The notes below the pieces were generated by a model, which was not told where the DNA came from, did no database searches, and saw only the letters and a program-made list of their open reading frames with translations. Below, one piece after another: positions 1-9,081 of a stretch of DNA of 64,000 nt; the stretch's first letter is position 1, and each line of letters starts with the position of its first letter. Made by a program: the position numbers and the translations under genes. The DNA is from an uncultured bacterium (GTDB lineage Bacteria > Muiribacteriota > Ozemobacteria > Ozemobacterales > Ozemobacteraceae): contig CAYMEN010000011.1 of NCBI GenBank assembly GCA_964389325.1, forward strand, positions 52,252-116,251, in the 5' to 3' direction.

Positions 1-2
1 AG

Positions 3-77
3 TCTCTCCCGCAGATGGGGCTCGTCTATGACGACGCAATCGAGCAGATCGCCCGCATGGCCCTGAAATCGAAATGA
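3..77 (+). CDS. 3' end of an upstream gene (partial; ...SLPQMGLVYDDAIEQIARMALKSK*), product unknown
   Basis: Open frame from the window edge to TGA 75-77, overlapping the ATG of the GNAT gene (ATGA coupling). Confidence 0.5.
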   Translation, partial: SLPQMGLVYDDAIEQIARMALKSK

Positions 78-550
78 AACCGCTGATTCGCAACCTTCGT
101 GCGGCCGACCGGCCCGCCATCGAGTCCATGGTGCGCGCCACAGGCTTTTTTTCCGAAGAGGAAGTCGTCGTGGCACTCGAACTGGTCGACGTCGCCCTGA
201 CGCAGCCCGGCCAGACGGACTACTTGTTCGCCGTCGCCGAACTGGACGGCCAGGCGGTCGGATACGCCTGTCACGGTCTTCGCCCTCTGACGGAGGGAAC
301 CTGGGACCTGTACTGGATCGTCGTCGATCCCCGCATACAGCGCGCCGGCGCCGGCAAGGCCCTGCTCGAATGGAGCGAAAACGACGTCAGAGCACGCGGC
401 GCGCGCATGTTGGTCTGCGAAACGTCGGGCAAGCCTCTGTACGATCCGACGAGAAAATTTTATCTCGGCCGTGGCTACACCGAGGATGCGCGTATTCGCG
501 ACTTCTACAAACCCGGCGACGATCTCGTGATGTATATCAAGAGGTTTTGA
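74..550 (+). CDS. GNAT-family N-acetyltransferase
   Basis: 158 aa; 'LYWIVVDPRIQRAGAGKALL' is the acetyl-CoA binding motif (V-x-P-x-x-Q/R-x-x-G-x-G); 'PTRKFYLGRGY' is the C-terminal motif. Confidence 0.85.
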   Translation: MKPLIRNLRAADRPAIESMVRATGFFSEEEVVVALELVDVALTQPGQTDYLFAVAELDGQAVGYACHGLRPLTEGTWDLYWIVVDPRIQRAGAGKALLEWSENDVRARGARMLVCETSGKPLYDPTRKFYLGRGYTEDARIRDFYKPGDDLVMYIKRF

Positions 551-782
551 ACCGCTTCGGCAGCCTCCTTCCTCGCGCAAAAGAAGAACTCTCCTTCCGC
601 TTTCCCCGCCGCATCGGATGAACCGTGCGACGGCCGAACGAGGCGCCCGGGTGAGAGCGGTGAAGCCCCGATATGAGCCGTCGAGCGCCGTTCGTGCCGT
701 TCACTGCCATGAGGCACGTCCGAACGGCGCCGGAATGGGGCGGATTTTACCCCGAATGACCGTCGTGCTAGAGTGCGCGCCG

Positions 783-1445
783 ATGATATACGATCTTTCC
801 AGGACGTTTCCCTCGAGATATGGCGTGCCGGTTTTGCGCAGGATCGATTCGGAGATTTTCGAGAAACGCTCGTTTGGCAACTGCCTCGAGTGCGGCTTCT
901 GTCACGATTCCTGCTGTTCCTACGGTGTCGACGTCGATGCTCTGAACGTCCGACGGATCATGCTGCATGCCGATCGGATCAGCGAATTCACGGGGCTTCA
1001 TCCGAAGGATTTCTTCGGGGTGACAGCCACGGATGATCCGGAGTTCCCCGGAGGCTCCTTCGTCAGAACGATGACCGTCGGAGAGCGTTGTATTTTTCTG
1101 AATCGTGAGGGTGGGAAGCGCGGCTGCAGTCTTCATTCGTTCTGTCTGCATGAGGGTATCGATTACCATGAGATCAAGCCGATGGTGAGCTGCCTGTTTC
1201 CCGTCACGTTCGACGACGGCCTGCTGCATGCCATGGATGAGGTTGCCGACCGGTCTCTGGCCTGCCTCGATCAGGGACCGACCCTGTATCGAACCTCGCG
1301 GAACGAACTGAAATACTACTTCGGGAACGGACTGGTCGAAGAACTCGACACGCTGGAACATGCTTTCAAAGCAAGGTCTGTACAGATCCGCCGCGAAGAT
1401 GTCGAACATCTGGAAGAGACGTGGGACCGTCACCCGTCGAGGTGA
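783..1445 (+). CDS. Cysteine-cluster protein, YkgJ/DUF3109-like (putative Fe-S or Zn binding)
   Basis: CLECGFCHDSCC, CIFL...GCSLH and KPMVSCLFP motifs; start uncertain (ORF track opens at 618). Confidence 0.6.
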   Translation: MIYDLSRTFPSRYGVPVLRRIDSEIFEKRSFGNCLECGFCHDSCCSYGVDVDALNVRRIMLHADRISEFTGLHPKDFFGVTATDDPEFPGGSFVRTMTVGERCIFLNREGGKRGCSLHSFCLHEGIDYHEIKPMVSCLFPVTFDDGLLHAMDEVADRSLACLDQGPTLYRTSRNELKYYFGNGLVEELDTLEHAFKARSVQIRREDVEHLEETWDRHPSR

Positions 1446-1457
1446 TTGGACGTATGA

Positions 1458-1503
1458 CACGCGACGGCGGCCCGATCAGGTGCGATCGGGCCGCCGTTGC
1501 GTG
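1458..1503. terminator. 20-bp stem hairpin between convergent genes
   Basis: CACGCGACGGCGGCCCGATC-aggtgc-GATCGGGCCGCCGTTGCGTG with one G.U pair; no U-tract. Confidence 0.55.
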
Positions 1504-1519
1504 CGGGGATGAATGTGGT

Positions 1520-2881
1520 TCAGGGATGCAGCCAGGCCCTGATCTTAGCGGGAGCTTCGCCGGCGGGCATCGTCAGTTGTTCTCCCGTCGACAGATGCTT
1601 GAGCGTGATGCTTCCCGACTGAACTTCCGACGAGCCGAGAATTGCCGCGACGCGGGCGCCTGCCGACTCGGCGTAGGCGAGCTGTTTCCCGAGTTTCGGG
1701 GTTTCCGGGTAGACTTCCACCTTCGCGCCCGCGATCCGAAGCGCGGTGGCGGCTTTGAGGGCCTCGGCCGGGTCGACGTCGTCGAAGCGGCAGAGCATGA
1801 CGTCCGGTCCCACGGCGAGATTGCCGAACAGGCCTTTTTCCTCCATGACCATCACGAGCCGCTCGAATCCGATCGAGAAGCCCACGGCCGGAATGGTCTG
1901 GCCGCGGAACATGCCGATGAGATTGTCATACCGGCCGCCGCCGCCGAGACTGCCGCTGGCAAGCGGCGATCGGATCTCGAAGATCGGGCCGGTATAATAG
2001 CCGAGACCACGGGCCAGGGTGGCGTCGATGCGCAGGTGGCAGCCGGCCGGCGTGTGGGCCGAGACGGCGAGCAGTTCACGAAGCTGGATGATATGGGCGG
2101 ATGCGCCCTCGATGCCGCTCAGCCGTGACTCGAGGCGGGCGAGCTCGCCGGCTTCGTCGAGGCCTTCGGGGCGGCGGAGCATCTCGAGAAGCAGAGACGC
2201 GGATGCATCGGTGATGCCGCGCGTCTGGAGCTCTTTCAAAACGCCTTCCTCGCCGATCTTGTCCATCTTGTCGACGGCGACGAGGGCCGTTTCCTCCTGG
2301 TCCGGCCGCAGACCGGCGGCGGAGATCAGGCACCGGAGGAGCTGTCGGTGGTTGAGATGGATGTGGAAATCCTTGAATCCAAGCTCGTTCAGCACGGTGG
2401 CGACGGCGGAGCAGACTTCAGCCTCTGCGATCAGCGACGTGGTGCCGGTGATGTCGACGTCGCACTGCTGGAACTCGCGGAACCGGCCGCGGCCGGGCCG
2501 GTCGGCGCGCCAGACGAGCTGGATCTGGTATCGCTTGAAAAACCTCGGCAGGTCCTTGCTGTTCGCGATGAGCCGGGCGAGGGGAACGGTCAGATCGTAG
2601 CGCAGGCCCATCTCCGCGAGATCCTTTTCCGTCACGGACGGCTGCTGGAGGGCCCGGGCGAGCTTGTCGCGCCGGTGAAGAATGCGGAACAGGAGCTGAT
2701 CGCCTTCTTCCCCGTATTTTCCGAGGAGGGTCGAGAGGTTTTCGACGGTCGGCGTTTCGATCGGGACGAACCCGAATGATTCGTAGACACGCCGGATAAC
2801 GCCTTCGACGTGCCGCCTGCGCGTCAACTCGGCGGGCAGGAAATCGCGCATGCCACTGGGGGGGAGAGTGCTGATGGCCAT
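1520..2881 (-). CDS. hisS: Histidine--tRNA ligase
   Basis: 453 aa; 'GMRDFLP', 'LRYDLTVPLAR', 'GRFREFQQCDVD', 'LARGLGYYTG', 'GGGRYDNL', C-terminal anticodon-binding domain. Confidence 0.97.
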   Translation of the reverse strand: MAISTLPPSGMRDFLPAELTRRRHVEGVIRRVYESFGFVPIETPTVENLSTLLGKYGEEGDQLLFRILHRRDKLARALQQPSVTEKDLAEMGLRYDLTVPLARLIANSKDLPRFFKRYQIQLVWRADRPGRGRFREFQQCDVDITGTTSLIAEAEVCSAVATVLNELGFKDFHIHLNHRQLLRCLISAAGLRPDQEETALVAVDKMDKIGEEGVLKELQTRGITDASASLLLEMLRRPEGLDEAGELARLESRLSGIEGASAHIIQLRELLAVSAHTPAGCHLRIDATLARGLGYYTGPIFEIRSPLASGSLGGGGRYDNLIGMFRGQTIPAVGFSIGFERLVMVMEEKGLFGNLAVGPDVMLCRFDDVDPAEALKAATALRIAGAKVEVYPETPKLGKQLAYAESAGARVAAILGSSEVQSGSITLKHLSTGEQLTMPAGEAPAKIRAWLHP

Positions 2882-2908
2882 GATGTCAGTTATCCCGGAG
2901 GCTGCCGG

Positions 2909-3043
2909 TCAGCGGGCGCGAACCCACCCGGCGCGGGTGTCCGGCCGCGAACCTCTGCTGCGGAGATGCGGGTCGGAAGAGGGATCGGCGCACTGAAGCG
3001 AGCCGTCGGGGGCCATGATGAAGGGGGGGCGTACCGTGTTCAT
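2909..3043 (-). CDS. Possible 44-aa small ORF upstream of hisS (MNTVRPPFIMAPDGSLQC...WVRAR)
   Basis: AGGAGA Shine-Dalgarno 5 nt before ATG; stop 27 nt before the hisS start; no homology recognised. Confidence 0.3.
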   Translation of the reverse strand: MNTVRPPFIMAPDGSLQCADPSSDPHLRSRGSRPDTRAGWVRAR

Positions 3044-3201
3044 ACGTTTCTCCTGCCGGATGTCGATGCTCTACAGTACCCATCGGCCGAAACCTTCCGC
3101 TTCATAAGTCGATTCATGGCAACCCACCAACCCGGAGCTGGAATGACGATCCGCAGATGACGCTGGTTCCGCTCATCAGGGGTGAACTATTCATCGTCTC
3201 A

Positions 3202-3311
3202 TATCAGGCTGTGGATACAATCGGTTCCGGTCATCCTGAGGCATCGAAGGGTGACCGGAAACTCATGGACAGCCTTGTCCGTGGTTCGACACCTCGCCAC
3301 GAATGGTATCG
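3202..3311. repeat. 110-bp structured dispersed repeat, copy 1
   Basis: Ungapped alignment to 56668-56777 with 11 mismatches; internal hairpin TTCCGGTCATCCT/AGGGTGACCGGAA. Confidence 0.9.
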
Positions 3312-3470
3312 AGTATGCGGCTCAATTGTCGTGCTACGTGTGAGACAGGGAATGCCCAGAAGCATCTTTTCACCGGCAGGGCTGATACTATATATTCTAG
3401 TATAAAAAATGCGTCATCTACGAAGTCTGCGAATCTTCCTCTCGAGCGGTGCAATCTCGCGCAGGATGCG

Positions 3471-3752
3471 TCAGGCGGGGTGGGCGAGGAGGTGGCGGAT
3501 CTTGTCTTTGAAGACCTGGTCGAATGTGCCCCAGACGGCTTTGCCGCCAATCTCGGCGACGGGGACGATGTCGTATCCGCCCGTCAGCGCGAGCGCCTCC
3601 TGCCATGAGGCGTCGTCGGCGTCGACGTCGTGGTCGAGGTAGGCGATGCCCTCTTCATCGAGCCATTCCTTGAATCGGTTGCAGTGGGGACACCAGGTGA
3701 CGGTGTAGATGCGGACCGGCGGACGGGTTGCGGGAACGGATCGCGCCATCAT
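3471..3752 (-). CDS. Glutaredoxin-like (NrdH/Grx) protein
   Basis: 93 aa; 'YTVTWCPHC' CxxC motif and 'IVPV' cis-Pro motif; start overlaps the upstream stop (ATGA). Confidence 0.85.
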   Translation of the reverse strand: MMARSVPATRPPVRIYTVTWCPHCNRFKEWLDEEGIAYLDHDVDADDASWQEALALTGGYDIVPVAEIGGKAVWGTFDQVFKDKIRHLLAHPA

Positions 3753-4636
3753 TTGTCGCTCCTTCCGGTGAACGTTCCGATTACGGCCGCCAGGACTGCC
3801 AGCAGCGCGGAAATCACGAGCGGAACCCAAAGCGGAACGCGGAATTTCCTGTCGAAATCGGTGCTTATGACGGCATCCGACATGATCGTTCTGGTGATGT
3901 CAGAGGGAAGGAACCTCGCAAGGACGAGCGTCCGGTCATCGCCGTCATACCGCACCGACGCCTTCCGGAACAGGCCGTCGGTGAGCCGTTCGGGATCATC
4001 ATGGACGAGCTGCGTCACGGGCACGATCTCGTCGATGGGCTGGGATATCAGCAGACCCTGGGAGAGCATCATGACCCAGTCACCCACGGTGACGGGAAGC
4101 GGGTCGAGGTACGCGGGAACCATGACGGGATTCGGGGCCGCTGCCCCGACTGCCGGTGGGGCATCGGAAACACCGGCGGCGACCGCCAGAGAGGGCAGGC
4201 CGGCCGGCTCGAGACGATGGATGGTGTCGCCGACGCTCGCGATGAGCCCTGCTTTTCCGAGGGTGGCGGCATACAGACAGCCCTGGCGAATCCAGGCGAC
4301 GGCGAGATGAAGGCTCGAAGCGCCTCCGCCGGCCATAGACACGCGGGCAAGCTCGACTTCCTGCCACGTCGACTCGAGGATCTCCGAAAGGGGGGTGCTG
4401 GGGGGGGCTGCCCTCGAGATACGGGAATCAGCGGGAATTCCCGCCAGGCGTGTCTGGCGGGACCCGAGCCGCCGTGCGCCTCGCCCTAGAGACGCGATCG
4501 CGAGGTCGGCAAGATCGCTGCCGGCCGGACCGTCTCCATCGGCCATGATCAGAAGCCCGAGATCCTCTTCCAGGTGCCACCGCTCCTGGTTCGAATCACG
4601 GATCGTGCCAGCCTCGGACTTGTTCCAAATCAGCAC
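3749..4636 (-). CDS. PP2C-fold protein with degenerate catalytic motifs and a C-terminal TM helix
   Basis: 'GTIRDSNQE' (cf. GxxRxxNED), 'IMADGDG' (cf. VADGMGG), 'MLSQGL' (cf. LCSDGL), 'DDRTLVL' (cf. DNxT); C-terminal hydrophobic helix. Confidence 0.6.
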   Translation of the reverse strand: MLIWNKSEAGTIRDSNQERWHLEEDLGLLIMADGDGPAGSDLADLAIASLGRGARRLGSRQTRLAGIPADSRISRAAPPSTPLSEILESTWQEVELARVSMAGGGASSLHLAVAWIRQGCLYAATLGKAGLIASVGDTIHRLEPAGLPSLAVAAGVSDAPPAVGAAAPNPVMVPAYLDPLPVTVGDWVMMLSQGLLISQPIDEIVPVTQLVHDDPERLTDGLFRKASVRYDGDDRTLVLARFLPSDITRTIMSDAVISTDFDRKFRVPLWVPLVISALLAVLAAVIGTFTGRSDK

Positions 4637-4769
4637 CTGTGTGTGCCCTCCCGGTTCTCGTTTCCGAATGACGTTCGAATGTCAGTATACACGTTCTCTG
4701 CATGCTTCACAGATGAATCCGGGCGGATCACGATCCGCCCCTGCGCCACGTGGGCTGGCCAGCTTCATT

Positions 4770-4796
4770 CGCAGATGACGCAGATGGCGCAGATGA
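4770..4796. repeat. Tandem 9-mer (CGCAGATGR)x3; related sequence at 3149-3163 and 39986-40005
   Basis: CGCAGATGA CGCAGATGG CGCAGATGA. Confidence 0.8.
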
Positions 4797-4824
4797 AAGA
4801 CGGAGAAGAATGATTCTGGAAATG

Positions 4825-4856
4825 AAAAACCGGGCGCCCCGTGGAGCGCCCGGTTT
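4825..4856 (-). terminator. Intrinsic terminator of the Gly/Asp-rich protein gene
   Basis: AAACCGGGCGC-8nt-GCGCCCGGTTT; A5 on + strand gives a U-tract on the minus strand. Confidence 0.75.
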
Positions 4857-4870
4857 GGAGAAACAGATGA

Positions 4871-5185
4871 TCAGAAGGGGAGGCCGCCGCCGGAACCGTC
4901 GGGGTCGCTGCCGCCGCTGTAGCCGCCGTCGGAACCGCCGCCGCCGCAGCCGCCGTCGTCGTGCGTGTCGTCGGGGCCGCCGTTGCCGTTGTCATGACCG
5001 CCGCCGCCACCGCAGCCGCCGTCATCGGGATTGTCGGGATCGCAATTGTCGGGCATCGAGGAGGATGTGTGCTTCTTCGCGAGCATCTGATTGAAACCGT
5101 CGTCCTGCATGGCGAAGGAAGCGGGGGCCGAGATAACCAGGCCGAGCACGAGAGCACCGAGAACCAGTCTGGTCGAAACGTTCAC
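4871..5185 (-). CDS. Small secreted Gly/Asp-rich protein (104 aa) with two DDGGCGGGG motifs
   Basis: AGGAGGA RBS 7 nt before GTG; Sec-type signal peptide ending ...ASFA; own promoter and terminator. Confidence 0.7.
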   Translation of the reverse strand: MNVSTRLVLGALVLGLVISAPASFAMQDDGFNQMLAKKHTSSSMPDNCDPDNPDDGGCGGGGGHDNGNGGPDDTHDDGGCGGGGSDGGYSGGSDPDGSGGGLPF

Positions 5186-5233
5186 TGTTCTATCCTCCTG
5201 AGATGATTCGGTCATTGTGATGCGAGGGTGAAA

Positions 5234-5249
5234 AGCAATCGGCGTACCA
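5234..5249 (-). promoter_or_regulatory. Sigma-54 (-24/-12) promoter
   Basis: Minus strand TGGTACG-CCGA-TTGCT vs consensus TGGCACG-N4-TTGC(A/T), about 50 nt upstream of the GTG. Confidence 0.65.
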
Positions 5250-5351
5250 AGGGCTCAAACAGCGATGAAAAGAGATGTTTTCCCGGAACGATGCGGCGGA
5301 TGCTGCCGGGTTTCCGGCATCAGGTGTGCCGGAAAATCGACATCGCCGCGC

Positions 5352-7559
5352 TCATTTGCGGAAGATGACGACGGTGAGGGGATCGAGCGTGATCCGGCCG
5401 GCATCGAGAACGAGCCCGGCGGGATCGGTCAGCGGCACCGTGCCCGCGTGTGTGGCATCGACGAGCACGTCGTGATCCGTGGGAACGTCTCCGGAGGGGA
5501 GCGTCAGGGTGCGCGGCCGATGGTCGGCGTTGACGAAGATCCGGTAGGTTTCTCCGCCGGTTGACGTGCAGCGCCAGGCGATGACGAGATCATCCGCGGC
5601 GATCTCGGGCGCCTCGATCAGGCTCACGTTCCTGTCGACGAGTTCCCTGCTTCCGAGACGGAACGCATCCGTCGAACGGCGCAGGGCGATCAGGCCGCGG
5701 GTGAACTCGCGGGTGAGGTGATGTTCGGGAAACCGCTTCGCATCGGTGGCGCGGGCCCAGTCGAACAGGTTGACGGCGTCGGATGAATCGTACGAATCGT
5801 GGATGAAATACGGATGCCGGAATGGCTTTCCCGAAGCGTCGCGAAGCTCGTGGAACTTGTGCTCGGGTTTTCCCTGGCCGAGCCACTGCTTGGTGCGGCC
5901 GAACTCCTGGCCTGCGTGCAGAAAGGCTGTCCCCTGGGATGTGAGGAGGATGGCGTTGCCGAGCCGGATGCGCCGGAGAATCTCGGCCTCGTTCGCGGGA
6001 ATCCAGGGGTCCTTCCGGATCGCCTGGGCAATGACGTCGTGCAGCGGGAGATTGTCATGGGCCTCGATATACTGGACCATATCGCCGGGTGCCGTTGCCG
6101 GGGTGTTCGATGGCTGGCCTTTGATCGCGGCGAACAGCTTTCTGATGTTGCGCGGGCCACCGGTCAGGAACCTGGGCTCGCCTTCACACCCGAAGCCCGA
6201 TTTCAGTTCGTTGCGGAACTCGTCCGAGAAGACGCCGACGCTGTCCGTGACGGCCATCCAGTCCTGGTCCGCGCCTTTTCCGGCGAGGGCGGGATCTTCG
6301 ATGTGCCCCTTGAACGTGCGCCAGCCCTCGCCGATGAAGATGGCCCGGGGATTGATCGCCGCGGCTGCGTCGAACGCTCGCTGGACGACATCCTGCGTGG
6401 CGTCGCCCATCATGTCCCAGCGCATGCCGTCGATGCCGTATTCACGGAACCAGTATGACACCGAGTCGACCAACAGCTTGGCGGCCATCTTGCGGTTGGT
6501 GGCGAGGTTGTTGCCGAAATCTCCCAGCAGGTTGCCCTGGGGGTCCTTGAAAAAGTAGTAGTCGGGAACGATGTCGTTCAGGAAATCGGCCTTCACCATG
6601 TGCGTGTAGACGACGTCGAGAATGACACCCATGCCGGCGGCGTGGACCGCATCAACCAGCTCTTTCAGCTCGGCGATGCGGCGTTCGGCGTCTTCGGGGC
6701 GCCCGGAATACGCGCCGTCGGGCGAGAAATACGAGTGGGGGTCGTAGCCCCAGTTGTACTGGTTGTTCCGGGTCGACCACGCGAGCTCGCGCTCATGCAT
6801 GCGCGTCTCATCACCGAAATACCACGCCATGACCGGCAGCAGCTGGATGTGTGTCACGCCCATGTCCCTGATGTAGGGGAGCCGCTCCCTGAACGCCTTG
6901 AAGGAGCCCCAGCGCGTCGTGAGATTGCCCGCGATTCCCGGGTCGGCCGTGAAATCGCGCACATGCACTTCGTAAATGACGGCGTCTTCCCGCTTTGTAT
7001 AATTACTGATATTTACCTGTGCCGGCGTTTTCCCGGCTGAGCCGGGATCGACGAACGCCGCCTTGCCGACCATATCTCCGCTCGCACCGCCGGAGGTTCC
7101 CGCCGGGTCTATCGTGACGGGGGCCATCGAACGGGCGTAGGGGTCGAGCACGCGTTTCGCGGGAAGGCCGGGATTGGTGACCTCAAACTGGTAATAATAG
7201 CCGCGCACATCGGCAGACGAGGCCGCCGACACGTCCGCCGGCGTCACGGTGCAGCGCCAGACACCCCGGGCACCGCGATGCAGGGCGAGGCGGCCCACCT
7301 GCCTGGTCTGGTCGAGCCTGTCGAAGATGATGACATCGACCTTTGTCGCGAGCGGGGCCCAGAGCGCGAGCTTCGCCTGACCGTTTTTCAGGGTGCAGCC
7401 GAGGTCGTTCCCGTCGTATGCGTCCTGCTCATCGATCGTTCGCCAGGAGAGTGGCGCGTGAAGGCCGCGCCTGGCCGCGCCATCCGTTGGCCCGCACCAG
7501 ACCCCGAGAACCAGAAGTCCCGCAAACAGGGTTCGAATCATCCGGGGACGCTTTGTCAT
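5352..7559 (-). CDS. pulA: Secreted type I pullulanase (GH13)
   Basis: 735 aa; signal peptide; 'YNWGYDP', 'GVILDVVYTH', 'GMRWDMMG', 'FIGEGW', 'YIEAHDN' conserved regions. Confidence 0.9.
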   Translation of the reverse strand: MTKRPRMIRTLFAGLLVLGVWCGPTDGAARRGLHAPLSWRTIDEQDAYDGNDLGCTLKNGQAKLALWAPLATKVDVIIFDRLDQTRQVGRLALHRGARGVWRCTVTPADVSAASSADVRGYYYQFEVTNPGLPAKRVLDPYARSMAPVTIDPAGTSGGASGDMVGKAAFVDPGSAGKTPAQVNISNYTKREDAVIYEVHVRDFTADPGIAGNLTTRWGSFKAFRERLPYIRDMGVTHIQLLPVMAWYFGDETRMHERELAWSTRNNQYNWGYDPHSYFSPDGAYSGRPEDAERRIAELKELVDAVHAAGMGVILDVVYTHMVKADFLNDIVPDYYFFKDPQGNLLGDFGNNLATNRKMAAKLLVDSVSYWFREYGIDGMRWDMMGDATQDVVQRAFDAAAAINPRAIFIGEGWRTFKGHIEDPALAGKGADQDWMAVTDSVGVFSDEFRNELKSGFGCEGEPRFLTGGPRNIRKLFAAIKGQPSNTPATAPGDMVQYIEAHDNLPLHDVIAQAIRKDPWIPANEAEILRRIRLGNAILLTSQGTAFLHAGQEFGRTKQWLGQGKPEHKFHELRDASGKPFRHPYFIHDSYDSSDAVNLFDWARATDAKRFPEHHLTREFTRGLIALRRSTDAFRLGSRELVDRNVSLIEAPEIAADDLVIAWRCTSTGGETYRIFVNADHRPRTLTLPSGDVPTDHDVLVDATHAGTVPLTDPAGLVLDAGRITLDPLTVVIFRK

Positions 7560-7874
7560 GTTCCGATCTCCTCTCGATACCGATTTTGCAGGCCCGGTTC
7601 ATGCCGGGAGGCCCTTCGTATGCAAAATCTTCCTGTTGGCCCGTACACAGGGGCTTTCACCGATAGTATCGACGAAAGGGAAGAGTGTCAACGAATCGGG
7701 TGTGTGAAAAGACGGAAATCTTCAGGCTGGTTCTCGGTTTCGGAGACATTTCGAAATTTTGGAGTGCAAAATTCCCGGAGAGTCGTATAATGCCTGATGA
7801 CCGGGAAGACCCGGTCGTACCCCCGGAGATATAGCATGGGGGTGACTATCAACAGGGAATGGAGGTTGCAGTTC

Positions 7875-9059
7875 ATGATCAAAGTTGCCATTGCCAGTCC
7901 GGTTCGGACGCCCATCGGTTCCTTCGGAGGTGCCCTTGCGCCCCTTTCGTGTGTCGAAATCGGAGCAAAAGCCGTCGAGGCTGTACTCCAGCGCAGCGGC
8001 GTTGCCGCCGACGCGGTCGAAGAGGTCTACCTGGGCAATGTTTTACAAGCGGCCAACGGCCAGAATCCGGCCCGCCAGGCCGCGATGAAGGGCGGCATTC
8101 CCCAGCAGATTCCCGCGACGACGATCAACACCGTTTGCGGATCGGGACTGCACGCGGTCGGGCTCGCGTTCAACGCGGTCCGTGCCGGCCAGGTCGGACT
8201 CGCGCTTGCGGGCGGCATGGAGAGCATGTCGAACGCCCCCTACGCGATGAAGGGCGCCCGCAACGGGATGCGCCTCGGCCACGGCGAAATTCTCGACACC
8301 ATGGTGCTGGATGGCCTGACCTGCCCCTTCAACAATTACCACATGGGCATCACTGCCGAGAACGTCGCGCACGAGTTCAAGGTTTCGCGGCAGGAACAGG
8401 ACGAGTTTTCCCTGCAGAGCCAGCAGCGCGCGGCTGCCGCCCGCCAGACCGGCCGGTTTGCCGATGAAATAGTTCCTGTTATCATAAAAGGCAAGAAAGG
8501 CGACGTCACCTTCAAGGACGACGAATTCATCAGGGCCGACACGTCTCTCGAAAAGCTCTCGGGTCTCAGGCCCGCGTTCAAGAAAGACGGAACCGTCACG
8601 GCCGGCAATGCGTCAGGCATCAACGACGGCGGCGCCGCGATGCTTGTCGCGTCCGAAGAGAAATGCAAGGCCCTCGGGCTGGCCCCGATGGTCTACATTC
8701 GCGGCTACAGCCTGGTTGGCCTGCGGCCCGAAATCATGGGCATGGGCCCCGTCTACGCGGTCCGCAAACTGCTCGAGGCCCAGAAGCTGACGGTCGCCGA
8801 CATCGACCTGTTCGAGCTGAACGAGGCGTTCGCCTCCCAGTCGATTGCGGTGGGCAAAGAGCTGGGCGTCGATTCCCGCAAGGTGAACGTGAACGGCGGC
8901 GCAATTGCGCTTGGCCATCCGATCGGCGCCAGCGGTGCCCGCGTTCTCATCACGCTCATGTACGAGATGAAGCGGAGCAACAAAAAGCTCGGCATTGCCT
9001 CGCTGTGCATCGGCGCGGGGATGGGCATCGCGATGCTCGTCGAGAACCCGAACATCTGA
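7875..9059 (+). CDS. atoB: Acetyl-CoA acetyltransferase (thiolase)
   Basis: 'TINTVCGSG', 'GGMESMS', 'NASGINDG', 'ELNEAFA', 'GHPIGASGAR', 'SLCIGAGMG'; GGAGG RBS. Confidence 0.95.
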   Translation: MIKVAIASPVRTPIGSFGGALAPLSCVEIGAKAVEAVLQRSGVAADAVEEVYLGNVLQAANGQNPARQAAMKGGIPQQIPATTINTVCGSGLHAVGLAFNAVRAGQVGLALAGGMESMSNAPYAMKGARNGMRLGHGEILDTMVLDGLTCPFNNYHMGITAENVAHEFKVSRQEQDEFSLQSQQRAAAARQTGRFADEIVPVIIKGKKGDVTFKDDEFIRADTSLEKLSGLRPAFKKDGTVTAGNASGINDGGAAMLVASEEKCKALGLAPMVYIRGYSLVGLRPEIMGMGPVYAVRKLLEAQKLTVADIDLFELNEAFASQSIAVGKELGVDSRKVNVNGGAIALGHPIGASGARVLITLMYEMKRSNKKLGIASLCIGAGMGIAMLVENPNI

Positions 9060-9081
9060 ACCGGAGGACAGGAGAACGATC

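Noticed and set aside
2890-3150. T-box riboswitch or His attenuator upstream of hisS
   Set aside because: GGGTGGGTTCGCG only loosely resembles the T-box (GGTGGnACCGCG); no terminator/antiterminator pair and no His-codon run.
7582-7629. Inverted repeat GATTTTGCA...TGCAAAATC in the pulA/thiolase divergent region as an operator
   Set aside because: The 30-bp spacer is unusually long and no cognate regulator is visible; too weak to call.
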